From a virus, in IMG/VR virus record IMGVR_UViG_3300027977_000009: DNA of 64,000 bases, one strand, 5' to 3'. Positions 10,774 to 21,000 of this stretch are shown here, piece by piece; positions within the stretch are counted from its first letter, which is position 1; every line of letters begins with the position of its first letter. Below the pieces are notes generated by a model, which made no database searches, was not told where the DNA came from, and saw only the letters and a program-made list of their open reading frames with translations. The translations under genes and the position numbers were made by a program.

Positions 10774-11030
10774 TAATCAGTACGACCAACAGTCTCCAAG
10801 ATATTATTTAGTTCAGCGTTTTCGTCATTCGTCTCATTCAAACGAGCCTTATGAGCCACTTTAATCGCTTTCTTGAGAGTGCTTGGCTTGATCTCAAGTT
10901 CCTCAGCGATTGCCTTAATTGTGTCATTGAGGCCTTCGTTTAATGCCTCAACCTCTTGTAATACACCCATACCTTCATGGACTAAGTTAGTTAGTTTTAG
11001 TTTAGCTTCGGAATTGAATACTCTAGACAT
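10773..11030 (-). CDS. small dsDNA-binding protein (T4 DsbA-like)
   Basis: 85-aa helical protein from MSRVF, SD AGGAG, sigma70-type promoter upstream. Confidence 0.55.
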   Translation of the reverse strand: MSRVFNSEAKLKLTNLVHEGMGVLQEVEALNEGLNDTIKAIAEELEIKPSTLKKAIKVAHKARLNETNDENAELNNILETVGRTD

Positions 11031-11107
11031 GTTTACTCCTTCTAGTCTGTTCAGTATATAGCAACAGCAAAGCAAGTCAAGGTTTTTATTGAGCAGTGTG
11101 CCCAATA

Positions 11108-11821
11108 CTATTGGAAGATATAATTGTGATCTGCGCCATATATCTTGATGTATTTTCCGGCTAAGAGGTCTGCCATCGCCTCAATAGGACTACCGGGATA
11201 ACTGGAATCTGGCTTGATCATGTTAAGCTCACCTTGTCTTACGTGTACGAGTTCGTGAAAGGTGGTTCTCAATATGTCTACCAGATTACGATTCTTAGCA
11301 TAGACCCAGATACTGTCGGCACCTGGCGTATGACCGCCGGTATGATGGTTGGTTTGGGCCTCTTCGGTGTCCATACTTAATTCGATTTTTACAGGATTCT
11401 GTAGGTTAATTTTCTTGCTGGCCCAATTGGCAAACTTCTGCACTTCATCAGCTAAATCAATTTCACTAGTTGTCTCGTTTAGCTTATTTTTTATCCAATG
11501 ATCAGGTGTAGATTTGAATTTCTTTTTAAACAAGTCATGTAATGCTTTGCTGGTGATTTTGTGCTTACGAGCAATTTTTTTCATCAATGTGTCAATCGCA
11601 TTATAATCATGCTTTGCGAGTGAGGGGAGTCTTTTGGCTAACTCTAACTCTGGCGCCTCGTTGATGCTCTCTCCGCCCCCGCCATCGCCCCCGCCACCTG
11701 ACTCGCCCGAATCACTAACGCCAAAAAAGGTATACCCTGGATAGAAATATCCTCCATACGCCTTTTTCCCGGGCTTTTTTCTTTTACGCTTACGTTCGGT
11801 GATGAATTCAGTAGCTCTCAT
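11108..11821 (-). CDS. putative internal virion protein with zincin HExxH domain
   Basis: starts MRATEFITE; TFHELVHVRQ..E motif; late promoter upstream. Confidence 0.65.
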   Translation of the reverse strand: MRATEFITERKRKRKKPGKKAYGGYFYPGYTFFGVSDSGESGGGGDGGGGESINEAPELELAKRLPSLAKHDYNAIDTLMKKIARKHKITSKALHDLFKKKFKSTPDHWIKNKLNETTSEIDLADEVQKFANWASKKINLQNPVKIELSMDTEEAQTNHHTGGHTPGADSIWVYAKNRNLVDILRTTFHELVHVRQGELNMIKPDSSYPGSPIEAMADLLAGKYIKIYGADHNYIFQ

Positions 11822-11851
11822 AATATATATATTTATCATTAGATATGGAAA

Positions 11852-11875
11852 TGGCGACAATGTTAATTGCCGCCA
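11852..11875 (-). terminator. hairpin terminator after porin gene
   Basis: TGGCGGCAAT-TAAC-ATTGTCGCCA stem, weak U tail. Confidence 0.5.
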
Positions 11876-11889
11876 CTCCGTTAGTCTAT

Positions 11890-12453
11890 TTAGAAATTAC
11901 GAGTTACCGAAACACCGACAGTTTCGTTATCGAAAGTACCTCGAGTACGATAGTATCCTGCACCAAATGAGGTCTTGTCACTAAATGCATAAGAAAGTCC
12001 GAGATTCAAACGATCTTCATTGAGGTAGTCATTCGCAAATCCTTCACGATGACGATATCCAGCAACCACTGACACTGGACCAAATATAGGCCTAGTAAGC
12101 TTCACGCCAGCACCCCAAAACTCACCGTTGTTACCATCAGCGAGAACTCCCCCCAATTCGCCGTATACAGCAGTTTGGACGCCGAAGTAAGACGGACCGT
12201 CGACTCCTGCCTTGACAGAAAAGGCAGCTTGGAGCTCACCTTCACGAGCAGCTTGGTTAGCTTGAAGCTCAGCTCCGACATTAACCTTTCCAATAGTATC
12301 CCAGGCTTCGACCCTATATTCAGTCGAATCAGCACGGGCACCGCCCCGTGCATCACCAAAATGAACTTCACCTGTCACCATCGGTTCTGCTAAAGCAGGG
12401 GTAGTAAAGGCAACTAGCGACATAGCCGCTGCGATTGTAAATAGATTCTTCAT
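11890..12453 (-). CDS. small outer-membrane beta-barrel protein
   Basis: Sec signal peptide (..PALA|EP), alternating amphipathic beta strands, C-terminal Phe (VTRNF). Confidence 0.8.
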   Translation of the reverse strand: MKNLFTIAAAMSLVAFTTPALAEPMVTGEVHFGDARGGARADSTEYRVEAWDTIGKVNVGAELQANQAAREGELQAAFSVKAGVDGPSYFGVQTAVYGELGGVLADGNNGEFWGAGVKLTRPIFGPVSVVAGYRHREGFANDYLNEDRLNLGLSYAFSDKTSFGAGYYRTRGTFDNETVGVSVTRNF

Positions 12454-12585
12454 GCTTTTCCTTTGTTTAAATCTGACTACGATTATCGATAGTCAGTAAT
12501 AGTATATAGCATTGGCCCATGCTGTTGTAAATTTTTATCGGGTGATTGGGATAATGCCGGTGCCCTTTTTGCGGTAGCCATTTAA

Positions 12586-12614
12586 AAAGTGTCTCAGTTT
12601 TCACCGAGACACTT
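12586..12614 (-). terminator. rho-independent terminator
   Basis: AAAGTGTCTC/GAGACACTTT stem with U-run on the minus strand. Confidence 0.7.
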
Positions 12615-12640
12615 TCTAGTTGATAGGAACACGAATAGAT

Positions 12641-12967
12641 TTAGGAATAGATGCTTTTCGGTGCAGGGGGTGCTGAGAAAGTAGCAAGAACTTCGTTGAA
12701 CTTTTCGAGGCTCTGTGAAGCCAGTTCTTGCATTACTTCACGATCTGAAGGTATCATTTTGGAGTACCGATTCAGGAATTGTTGAATGATGTGGCGAGGA
12801 ATTATAGATTTGCTACCGTCCTTAAACGTGATAGGATAGTTCTTAAGGTTAAGTGCTTTCCTAAGCTGCATAACAATATGAGGAATCTTGTCCTGTTCAG
12901 GATCGGGAGCTTCTTCTTCATCCCAATCGTCGTGTGCCGATTCATTAAGCAATTCGTTAATCTTCAT
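12641..12967 (-). CDS. putative internal virion protein
   Basis: starts MKINELLNE; late promoter and SD. Confidence 0.65.
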   Translation of the reverse strand: MKINELLNESAHDDWDEEEAPDPEQDKIPHIVMQLRKALNLKNYPITFKDGSKSIIPRHIIQQFLNRYSKMIPSDREVMQELASQSLEKFNEVLATFSAPPAPKSIYS

Positions 12968-13047
12968 GTCTTAATCCTTTGTATTATTTATCAAAGTGAA
13001 GCGAAATGCTCTTAGTAAATTTACTATAGCAAACTTAGTTTCCGAAG

Positions 13048-13527
13048 TCAAGCCTTTTTTATCAATTCTCGCCAAAAAGGACCTTGAATGGGGTCTGCAC
13101 TTCTCTCTGGATATAACTGGCTGTTCAATTTTTCTATCCATTCTGGAGTCATGTGACGATTACGATATTGTCTAGGGAAGATATGCACTTCTTGAACCTG
13201 TGTTCCTTCTAAATCTTGTAAGGCGATCATTCGGTTTCTACCTTCGTGTCCTGAAACTCTAGCAGGACGAGAAAGATCACCGTCTTCCCATTCTTCAGGT
13301 ATGTCTATCAATAGAAACGGAGCAGCAAGTTTTCCACCTTGTTCTAGATGTTGCAAGATAGCTTTTGAACTAGTTGGTTCTGTCAGGCGTGCGGCCAACT
13401 TGAGGAAAACTGATGGACGCATACGGACACGCAGCCCCATATAATCAACGTTTTGGTTGTTAGAGGTAGCTCCCCAACCATTTACGTTGTCCATTTGGTG
13501 TTCAGTTAAAAATTCGTGCGCTCGCAT
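13048..13527 (-). CDS. putative internal virion protein with ParB/Srx-like domain
   Basis: starts MRAHEFLTE; GHEGRNR motif. Confidence 0.6.
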   Translation of the reverse strand: MRAHEFLTEHQMDNVNGWGATSNNQNVDYMGLRVRMRPSVFLKLAARLTEPTSSKAILQHLEQGGKLAAPFLLIDIPEEWEDGDLSRPARVSGHEGRNRMIALQDLEGTQVQEVHIFPRQYRNRHMTPEWIEKLNSQLYPERSADPIQGPFWRELIKKA

Positions 13528-13530
13528 TGT

Positions 13531-14730
13531 TTATCCAGATGCAGGTTGATTATAAAATTGCATGATGGCATTAAATTTCTCTTCCCGATCGGATAATCCC
13601 CTCAAGCCTGAATTGATTGGTTTAGTGACTTCACGAGTATCTTTAAAATTACTAACTTTAGGTTGTACTCTAGTCTGCCAATACCATAGTGTTGCTTTAG
13701 CTGCGATGTCAGGACGTTCTAACAGTTCGGGTTGATCTTCTAGCGGGAGACCTAATGCTTCGCCTGCTTTCCTATAATTGTAACGACCGGTCAATTGAAT
13801 GTATCCGCGCCCACGATAGCGGGCGCCGTCACCTGGTTCAGTATTCCCGAGCATCTTGGCTTTCTGCGGATCATGTTGTATGTCGTATTTTCTAAAATAA
13901 GTGGGGCCACCAAACTCCTTTAGTGAAGTAAAGTTTTGAGTTTCATGGGCACATTGTGCGATAAGTTGTGCTAACTCTGCGCCCTCGATTCCGGCAATAG
14001 CAGCTTCTCTCCTAAGTGCCTTCGCTATTGGATTATTGATAAGTGCATTAACTCGTTGTGTTATTTCTGAGTCAACTTTTGGTAGTTGTTTGCTGATTGG
14101 TCGAGGAGTAGGAGCAGGTTTATTTGGGTCAGGAAGAAAAGTGTGACCAGCTAAAGCTAGAGCACCAGCAGCCGCAAGACCCTTGGCCGCGCCCTTCCAA
14201 CCTTCTTCTAACTCTGATTCTTTTAATGCCTGTTTGAGAAAATTTGCACCGATGACGACCGTGTCACCGACTTTTACTGATACTTTCTTACCAGGAATTA
14301 TCTCAGCGTTAACGATTTGTATCTTGTACTTTCCTTTAGGTGAGATATCAAGTATCTTACCTTTAAGGATGGAATAATGCGGATAGTTCTTAGTGAGATC
14401 AAGTACTCTACCTACTTCTTCATATATAAATTCATGTAATCTCATAATTTCACCTTCAAACACACTTCCGCTAGGGCTGCCGGTTCTTCTGATAGCGTGA
14501 ATGCCTTTACTACCTGGCTTATTGGTACCGCGTTTTGTCAACGATTGTGTTTCACCAAGTTTTCTAGAACGATGTAGGAAAAGTCCCATTGTTTGTGGAG
14601 TAATTTTATATTCCTTAGCGATATCAGCCCTGCTAAACCCTGACGCATACAGGTCAGCAATCTCTTGTTGTTGTTCAGGTGTTGGGCTAAAGGGAGGCCT
14701 TCCTTCAGTTATAAATTCAAACGCTCTCAT
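13531..14730 (-). CDS. multidomain protein: HTH + GH19 lysozyme/chitinase (probable virion-associated)
   Basis: AQCAHET, LGN..PGDGARYRGRGYIQLTGRYNY; starts MRAFEFITE; in-frame internal start MRLHEFIYE at 14445. Confidence 0.8.
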   Translation of the reverse strand: MRAFEFITEGRPPFSPTPEQQQEIADLYASGFSRADIAKEYKITPQTMGLFLHRSRKLGETQSLTKRGTNKPGSKGIHAIRRTGSPSGSVFEGEIMRLHEFIYEEVGRVLDLTKNYPHYSILKGKILDISPKGKYKIQIVNAEIIPGKKVSVKVGDTVVIGANFLKQALKESELEEGWKGAAKGLAAAGALALAGHTFLPDPNKPAPTPRPISKQLPKVDSEITQRVNALINNPIAKALRREAAIAGIEGAELAQLIAQCAHETQNFTSLKEFGGPTYFRKYDIQHDPQKAKMLGNTEPGDGARYRGRGYIQLTGRYNYRKAGEALGLPLEDQPELLERPDIAAKATLWYWQTRVQPKVSNFKDTREVTKPINSGLRGLSDREEKFNAIMQFYNQPASG

Positions 14731-15734
14731 CGCTGTGCTTGATCAGGACGTCCAAATAGATGATTCATCTCTTCTTGACTAGCAGTATTTTCCGTAGTAG
14801 AGTTGTATGCAGTTGGATACATCCTTTTAATTCTTTCAATTTCTTCAGGAATATTCCAACCGCCCCGTGTACCCATTTGTTCAGATGCATTCTTTAATTC
14901 TTCTGAACGTGACGATAATGCATCGGCGATTTTCTTCATCAAGCCAGGAAACAAATCAGCGAATTGATCTTCGCCCACGTTATAATCTTGTGTAGCATTC
15001 TTTAATTGACGAGTTGAAGTGTGCATCTGCCACTTGCCGTTTTTATCATCCATGTTCTTTTTATCAACGATACTAACGATAGGGCCATCTCTTGAATAAC
15101 GTTCGAACCAAGTTAAGCCGCTGCTGCTTCCTGTGCAGAACTGTCCTTGAGCACCTTCTGCATTATTAAAGATATAGCAAGAACCATAGTTCAACGGAAC
15201 AATAACATAATATCTGTCATCATCAATAAGAACGATTTGTTTAGAATTTTTCTTCATAGATGCCAACTTTTCAGCATCGGCAATTTTTCTTAATGCTGCA
15301 CCATACTTTTCTTTGCGAACTACACTTTGCAGTTGTGCAATAGATGTAAAACGATTGAAGTCTTGATCTACAGGATCAAGTAAGTTGCGAACACTCAATG
15401 CTTTCCACGCACCTAATGCGTCACCGCCTTCGCCGTTAATGTCTTCATAGTCGTTAATGTGATTGATGTACAACTTTGTTAGCCAACTATCAAATTTACC
15501 ATCTCTAGACAAGTCACCGTAGTTAGTGTTTGATAGAGTTCTATCGATCAGATCACTCCACATTTTAACTACATCTTCGTCGCTTGCTTTGGGTCCCAAT
15601 CTTGCTAGCATAGGTCCAGGAATGGTATGATCATGCTTAACAGCAATTGCTAGCATTTTTGCCATCTTGGGATCTCTGAGGACCTTCTCCCCTGGATTGG
15701 CTTCTGATAATTTAGTTCTTGATAGTTGTTTCAT
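14727..15734 (-). CDS. hypothetical protein, distant paralog of the WCT-domain proteins
   Basis: VIVPLN..FCTGSS..WFERYSRDG..KWQMH aligns with VIVPED..WCTAAT..YFDQYNRQG..KYQLH. Confidence 0.65.
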   Translation of the reverse strand: MKQLSRTKLSEANPGEKVLRDPKMAKMLAIAVKHDHTIPGPMLARLGPKASDEDVVKMWSDLIDRTLSNTNYGDLSRDGKFDSWLTKLYINHINDYEDINGEGGDALGAWKALSVRNLLDPVDQDFNRFTSIAQLQSVVRKEKYGAALRKIADAEKLASMKKNSKQIVLIDDDRYYVIVPLNYGSCYIFNNAEGAQGQFCTGSSSGLTWFERYSRDGPIVSIVDKKNMDDKNGKWQMHTSTRQLKNATQDYNVGEDQFADLFPGLMKKIADALSSRSEELKNASEQMGTRGGWNIPEEIERIKRMYPTAYNSTTENTASQEEMNHLFGRPDQAQR

Positions 15735-15745
15735 GTCTAGCCTTT

Positions 15746-16765
15746 TTATGGGTGCAGCAACGATTGTTTTAGGTAATTCATGAGAGTTGTTAGTTTCTGT
15801 TGATCGCCGTTTGCGATATCATCAATCACTTTTTTCACGCCCTCTTGATTTTGTGGTCCGCCTCTGCCATATCTCTCGACCCCTAAAGTAAAATTACCTG
15901 TTTCATCTGGATAAAAATGACTTGCTGTCAGATACAATGCGGGTTTTAATCTGTCTTTTATTTTAGCGGGGACATCTTTTGGATCGTTGATTAATTCTTG
16001 TTTTATATTTTGTAAATTATTTAGGATCTCTAACTTCTGTTTTACTTTCTGGAAAGAATCGTTCTTTAATGCCGTACCAGTGACACCTTTAATGTCAGCG
16101 ATTGCTTTATCTATATATTTTATGTAGAGAGGACGTAATTTATATAATACTGCTTGCATATTCTGTGACTGGGGTGCGTTTGGGTCTAATGTGTTTGGTT
16201 TCGTAATTTTTCTGGCCACTCTACGGTCCGCGCGTAATCTGTCTACAGGTCCTGTTGTATGTGTAGATGCCCCGCGACCCCAGGCTAATTGACCGGCATT
16301 AATAGCAGACCAGTAGTTTCTGATTTGGCCGATAGTTTCTTTGATTTGCCTAAATAAGACATTAATACTACCGTCACTAAATTTTGTTATGCCCTCTTTA
16401 CTAGATAGCACGACTACCCAACGAGAACCATCCCACTTTATCGCACCGGTACCATCTTTACCTTGAATGAGTACATAGTTAGGTGATCTACTTTTGATGT
16501 CTGCCCAGGTTATTTTTTGTTCTTCTCTCCATCGGATATCGTGCGACATAGCTAACTCTTTGTGTACATACCTAACGAGTGCGTCAGCGTATGGACTTTT
16601 GCGAACGGCTGAAGTGATGGTTGAGTCTTCATCTAGAATTTCCTCAAGTAGACTAGTCACAGTAGTGTGCAGTGCTAAACGAGCAGGATCATTCGCCGCA
16701 ACTCTGTGTGTCACTCTCGGCTTGAGGATGTTGATGTTTTCTTTAAATAGTTCTGTACTTCTCAT
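15746..16765 (-). CDS. putative internal virion protein
   Basis: starts MRSTELFKE. Confidence 0.6.
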   Translation of the reverse strand: MRSTELFKENINILKPRVTHRVAANDPARLALHTTVTSLLEEILDEDSTITSAVRKSPYADALVRYVHKELAMSHDIRWREEQKITWADIKSRSPNYVLIQGKDGTGAIKWDGSRWVVVLSSKEGITKFSDGSINVLFRQIKETIGQIRNYWSAINAGQLAWGRGASTHTTGPVDRLRADRRVARKITKPNTLDPNAPQSQNMQAVLYKLRPLYIKYIDKAIADIKGVTGTALKNDSFQKVKQKLEILNNLQNIKQELINDPKDVPAKIKDRLKPALYLTASHFYPDETGNFTLGVERYGRGGPQNQEGVKKVIDDIANGDQQKLTTLMNYLKQSLLHP

Positions 16766-16767
16766 TG

Positions 16768-17208
16768 TTATGCCCTTGCAGTCTTTAGGATACTTCTAAG
16801 CATCCATACTTTTTTAGAATATAAGTCTTGTAAATCCGCCATGTAGTTAGCTATCCCTTGCTCTCGGGTTTCAGTAGCAACGTCAAATATAGTTTTCACT
16901 AATTCAACCATATCAGATGAATCACTCAACAATTCTTCAAACATCAAAGCCGCTCGCGGTATTTTATGTTGTTCCCGTACTATACTAAGTTCCAATAGGC
17001 GAGACAGGTTACCTGGAGTATAGGAATCTAGTGAGCGTATATGCTCACCCACCGTGTCGATTGATTCATATACCTCTGAATAGAATGAGCCTAGAAACTC
17101 ATGGTATTGTGGGAAATCACTACCTTCAACATTGAAATGGAAACCGTGTATCTTAGTGTACAAGACAAACGTGCTTCCTAACAATGTTTTTAAGTCATCT
17201 ACTAACAT
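16768..17208 (-). CDS. dps: Dps ferritin-like DNA protection protein
   Basis: HGFHFNVEGSDFPQYHEFL..Y..D.VGEHIR, WML. Confidence 0.9.
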   Translation of the reverse strand: MLVDDLKTLLGSTFVLYTKIHGFHFNVEGSDFPQYHEFLGSFYSEVYESIDTVGEHIRSLDSYTPGNLSRLLELSIVREQHKIPRAALMFEELLSDSSDMVELVKTIFDVATETREQGIANYMADLQDLYSKKVWMLRSILKTARA

Positions 17209-17242
17209 TACTTTATCCTTATGTAGTATTTATCATTATGGC

Positions 17243-17314
17243 ATAAATATAGATGTAGTTCGCGGATCTAGGCAATCCCAACTACTCTAATGCTATAGAG
17301 GAGCATCAGCTATG
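17243..17314 (+). promoter_or_regulatory. Late promoter plus conserved structured leader (copy 1)
   Basis: near-identical to 59063-59135; stem-loop with compensatory changes. Confidence 0.85.
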
Positions 17315-17917
17315 TGTATTTATTGTGGTACTCAGTACCATCGCTTAATTTATGAGAATCATTTTGGACCTATTCCTTTTGATGAAGAGGATAGAAGTTA
17401 CGAAATACACCACATTGACGGTAACCATAATAATAACTCGCTTGAAAACTTACAATGTGTCTCTATTAAAGAGCATTATCAAATCCATTTGAATCAAGGT
17501 GATCTTAAAGCCTGCCTTATAATGTCTAAAAGAATGAGTTTGTCCCCGAAAGAGAAATCTAGGTTAGCTAAGATATCAAACGCCGGGCCACGCAATCCCT
17601 CATTCGGTACTATATGGATAACAGACGGGGCAACTAATAAGAAGATACAACAAGATGATTCTATACCGATTGGTTGGATCAAAGGCCGGTCCTTTAACAC
17701 CGACTTTGCTGACAAATTTACTAAAAGAAGTAAGGTGGGTAAAAATAATCCCAGATATAACCACACACAGTATCATTTTAGAAATACAGGAACAGGTGAA
17801 GAAGTCACCCTTACCCCCGGTGAATTTTCACTTGCGTACGGAATCAACATTAAGAAAGTGCGCTGTCTGTTTCGCAAAAAGTTAGATTCAATTAAAGATT
17901 GGATTATTATTTTCTAA
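17312..17917 (+). mobile_element. HNH homing endonuclease
   Basis: EIHHIDGNHNNNSLENLQCVS..EH; WITDG..GW.KGR and NPRY DNA-binding modules; opposite strand to neighbours. Confidence 0.88.
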
Positions 17918-17919
17918 TA

Positions 17920-18060
17920 TTACTTTTGGTTTAGAAGATCGCTAGCTTTTGTTTTCCAAACATCAGGGAATATGCCATGCACTATTAAAACAATCGCAAT
18001 TTTCCATGCATGACATAGATGCTCAAAATATCCCTTGTTTACTTCTTTTAAGTGTGACAT
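17920..18060 (-). CDS. 46-aa small protein not in ORF track (DUF6356-like pattern)
   Basis: MSHLKEVNKGYFEHLCHAWKIAIVLIVHGIFPDVWKTKASDLLNQK; starts 2 nt after upstream stop. Confidence 0.65.
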   Translation of the reverse strand: MSHLKEVNKGYFEHLCHAWKIAIVLIVHGIFPDVWKTKASDLLNQK

Positions 18061-18062
18061 TA

Positions 18063-21000
18063 TTATTTCTTAAATGTCTTCAGTTGCAACATGTAGTGCT
18101 TGCCAGTCGCTCCCCTTTTCCAGGAATCAACAAGCTCATATTCAGGCAGTCCTCTGTCTAATCGGGCAATGAATGCGTCATATAACTTAACTCTACTAGG
18201 TTCTTCAGCGAAAAAATGTATTTCTATAGGTTCATGCATGATGGTATACTTTTTGACAATATCGATGACGGTGGCAAAGACTCTACGCGCATCACCTGTA
18301 TTTTCGATTCCGGTTTTAGGTTTTCCATTTTTATCATCGATACGAAATGATACCTCAATAGGCTCGCCGTCGGCGGTCAGTGCGGCCTGTGTGTTAGTCA
18401 TACCCAATAGCCTTATAATAGTCTCATATTCAATATTATTAGCAGTCACGAAAGTAGCTATGTAATTATTTCCAATTTGGTAAAAATCATATTTGTATGG
18501 TTTAGAGTCTAGTGATTCATTTGTCATCGCAGTGAGGTGTTCGGGCCCTTTACTCTTGAGACGACCATGCTTTTGTTGATGTGTTCCTGATAACAGTAGA
18601 TCGGTACTTTCTTCTACTGAGTTACTGCCAACCGACATATTAGCAACATCACTTGCTTTGATGTGAACCAATCTTAATGTACCCGTTGCTCTTGCTTCCC
18701 AGTAACCAGTATTATGAATATGCATCATCATGTAGTATAGATACGTAGGATCTAGTACATCAGTAGCAGTGACTTTGATTCCGATATTGTCTGGTGAAAA
18801 GGTTTTAGTTGGTGTGCCAACTGTAGATTCACTACCATTGCGTTGTAGCCAAAAGTCAGCATCAGGGAAATTAGTCTTTACCGTGCATAGGTCCTTGAGT
18901 CTTGCTGATGTTGCTTCGATTAGCTCTTCCTCACCTATATCGATGTACTTGATAGGTCTTTTAGTTAGTGCGGCTGCGATAGCACGATGATTGCCATCAA
19001 CAATATAACCGTTGTCTAGTACAATAATTCTATTTGAAAGATTTGGATCGTTGATGTATTCATCAACAATCTCGTGTTGTTCTTCGCTCAATCTTCCAAA
19101 CAAGTCTTCAATAAACTCTACTCCATACTGCTCGCACAAAAACAAGTCTAGCTTTCTAGGGCCTATTGTTCCTACTTCAAATGGGGTGTCCCAGATACCC
19201 GTGCCGTAATCCCAGATTCTCTCGTCGTTATCTGGCTTGTTATTCTTGTAAATTTGATTTAAGGTGATAGTCTGGTCACTCGTATCTTCATTAGTCATCG
19301 CAATGATTCTACGAGGACCCTTGCTTTTGAACATGCCGTATTCTTCTTCATACGTAGTAGGGCCGCCGACCATTTGTCCTCCATTTGACCCTGCACTTCC
19401 TCCGCCTTGGCCGGTGCTTGCAGTCTCAGATAAAGCATTTCCTGCTCTACCGATTTTCATAAAACGAGTATAATCTGTTTCAGGATCAGCTAGTTCTTTT
19501 TCACCAGTATAATAAGTTTTTTCTAGGGGAAACAGTTCATCAAATTCTTGTAAGTCGTCGGTACTAATCAATACATCATCTACGTTGTTTCTTGCTTGAA
19601 ATGCACAGAGCATACCCTTAGGTATTTTAGTGAGAAATACCGGGCCTGTCTCATTGCAACTTGTATTGATTATTATTCCGGGCTTCTTAAATACTACATC
19701 TTCCGCCTTTTGATGCAGTAAAATTAACTTGCCGTCATCATTTAACGTATCAAGTAATTCTTTGCTACGTGCCAATGATTCTTCGTCTGGTTCAACTAAG
19801 ACAAGCTTATCAAACTGTACGCCGGCTTGTTGTAAGAATATCCCAATATTACCGTACCAGCTACCCAATGCATATATAGTACCTGCATTCTTACCCTTAA
19901 GACCTTTTGCTAACATCTTGCATAACCAAGTCTTACTCTCAACTAAGTCTGGGGTAAAGCTACCCTCTATTGTGTCGGGGCTTGCTTCAACCACAGTGTT
20001 TTCTGTTATTGATCGATAAGGATGATGGACTATCCAACGACGTTCCCCATCACCATTTACCGACTTTGTTACCAGTAACTGACGCACCCATCTACCTAGC
20101 CATACCAAGGCGATGTAGCTGAGCGCGCTGGGCGCCGCTTTTTGTATCTGGGTACCCACTAATAGTGGTATCTGCTCCATGGTAATAGAGTACGGCGAGG
20201 GCGGCTCGTCATCCTCAGAATCAAAAAACGTTCCATCGACTAACTTAGTAAGTTTATATTTCGACAATAATGCAGAAGGGTATTGGTCTAGCACAGATTT
20301 TACGTTGAGAGGGAAAATTTTAGCTTTTTCATTATTATCTAAATCGTTTGCACCTGCTGCTATCATTTCGTCAGCACGAGCTAGTGTAAGCTCGCGTATT
20401 TGCTGTACAACATCGGCTATCGTCTCAACATCTGCAAAATACAGAAGGTTTTTAATTTCAGGTTCATGCTTCTTGAAGAATGGAATCAATTTCGGAAAAC
20501 GTTTATTTAAAAGTACAGGAAGAGGTACTTCAGAATCATCTTCGTCCATGAATTGATTTGTAGGGAAGTGCAATTGATACTTCTCCCCTTCATGTGTCGG
20601 TGTCTTTGGAATAAGAATATACATTTTACCTTGACGATTGTACTGATCAAAATAGTTCTGACCTCTAGTAGCAGCAGTACACCAGCGAGTTCCGCGGCCA
20701 TAACGACATGCGGCTGCGGTGTCTTCCGGGACTATCACAGTTACGGTATCGTCTTCGTATACTTTCGATGCTTTACCTTTTTCTTCTTCTTTTTTGATAT
20801 TTTTTTCGATGTCATCAAACTCATAATTGTCAAACATCATGTTTTCAAATTCGTGATATGTTTTAAAACGATTGATGTCACTATGTTCTGGCTTGATCAT
20901 TCTACGTTTCTTGCCAAGATCATAGATTCCCAACACACCTTGACGATTGATATCCTCAAGATTGAAATTACCATTGGCATACATTCGTGCTAACCACGGG

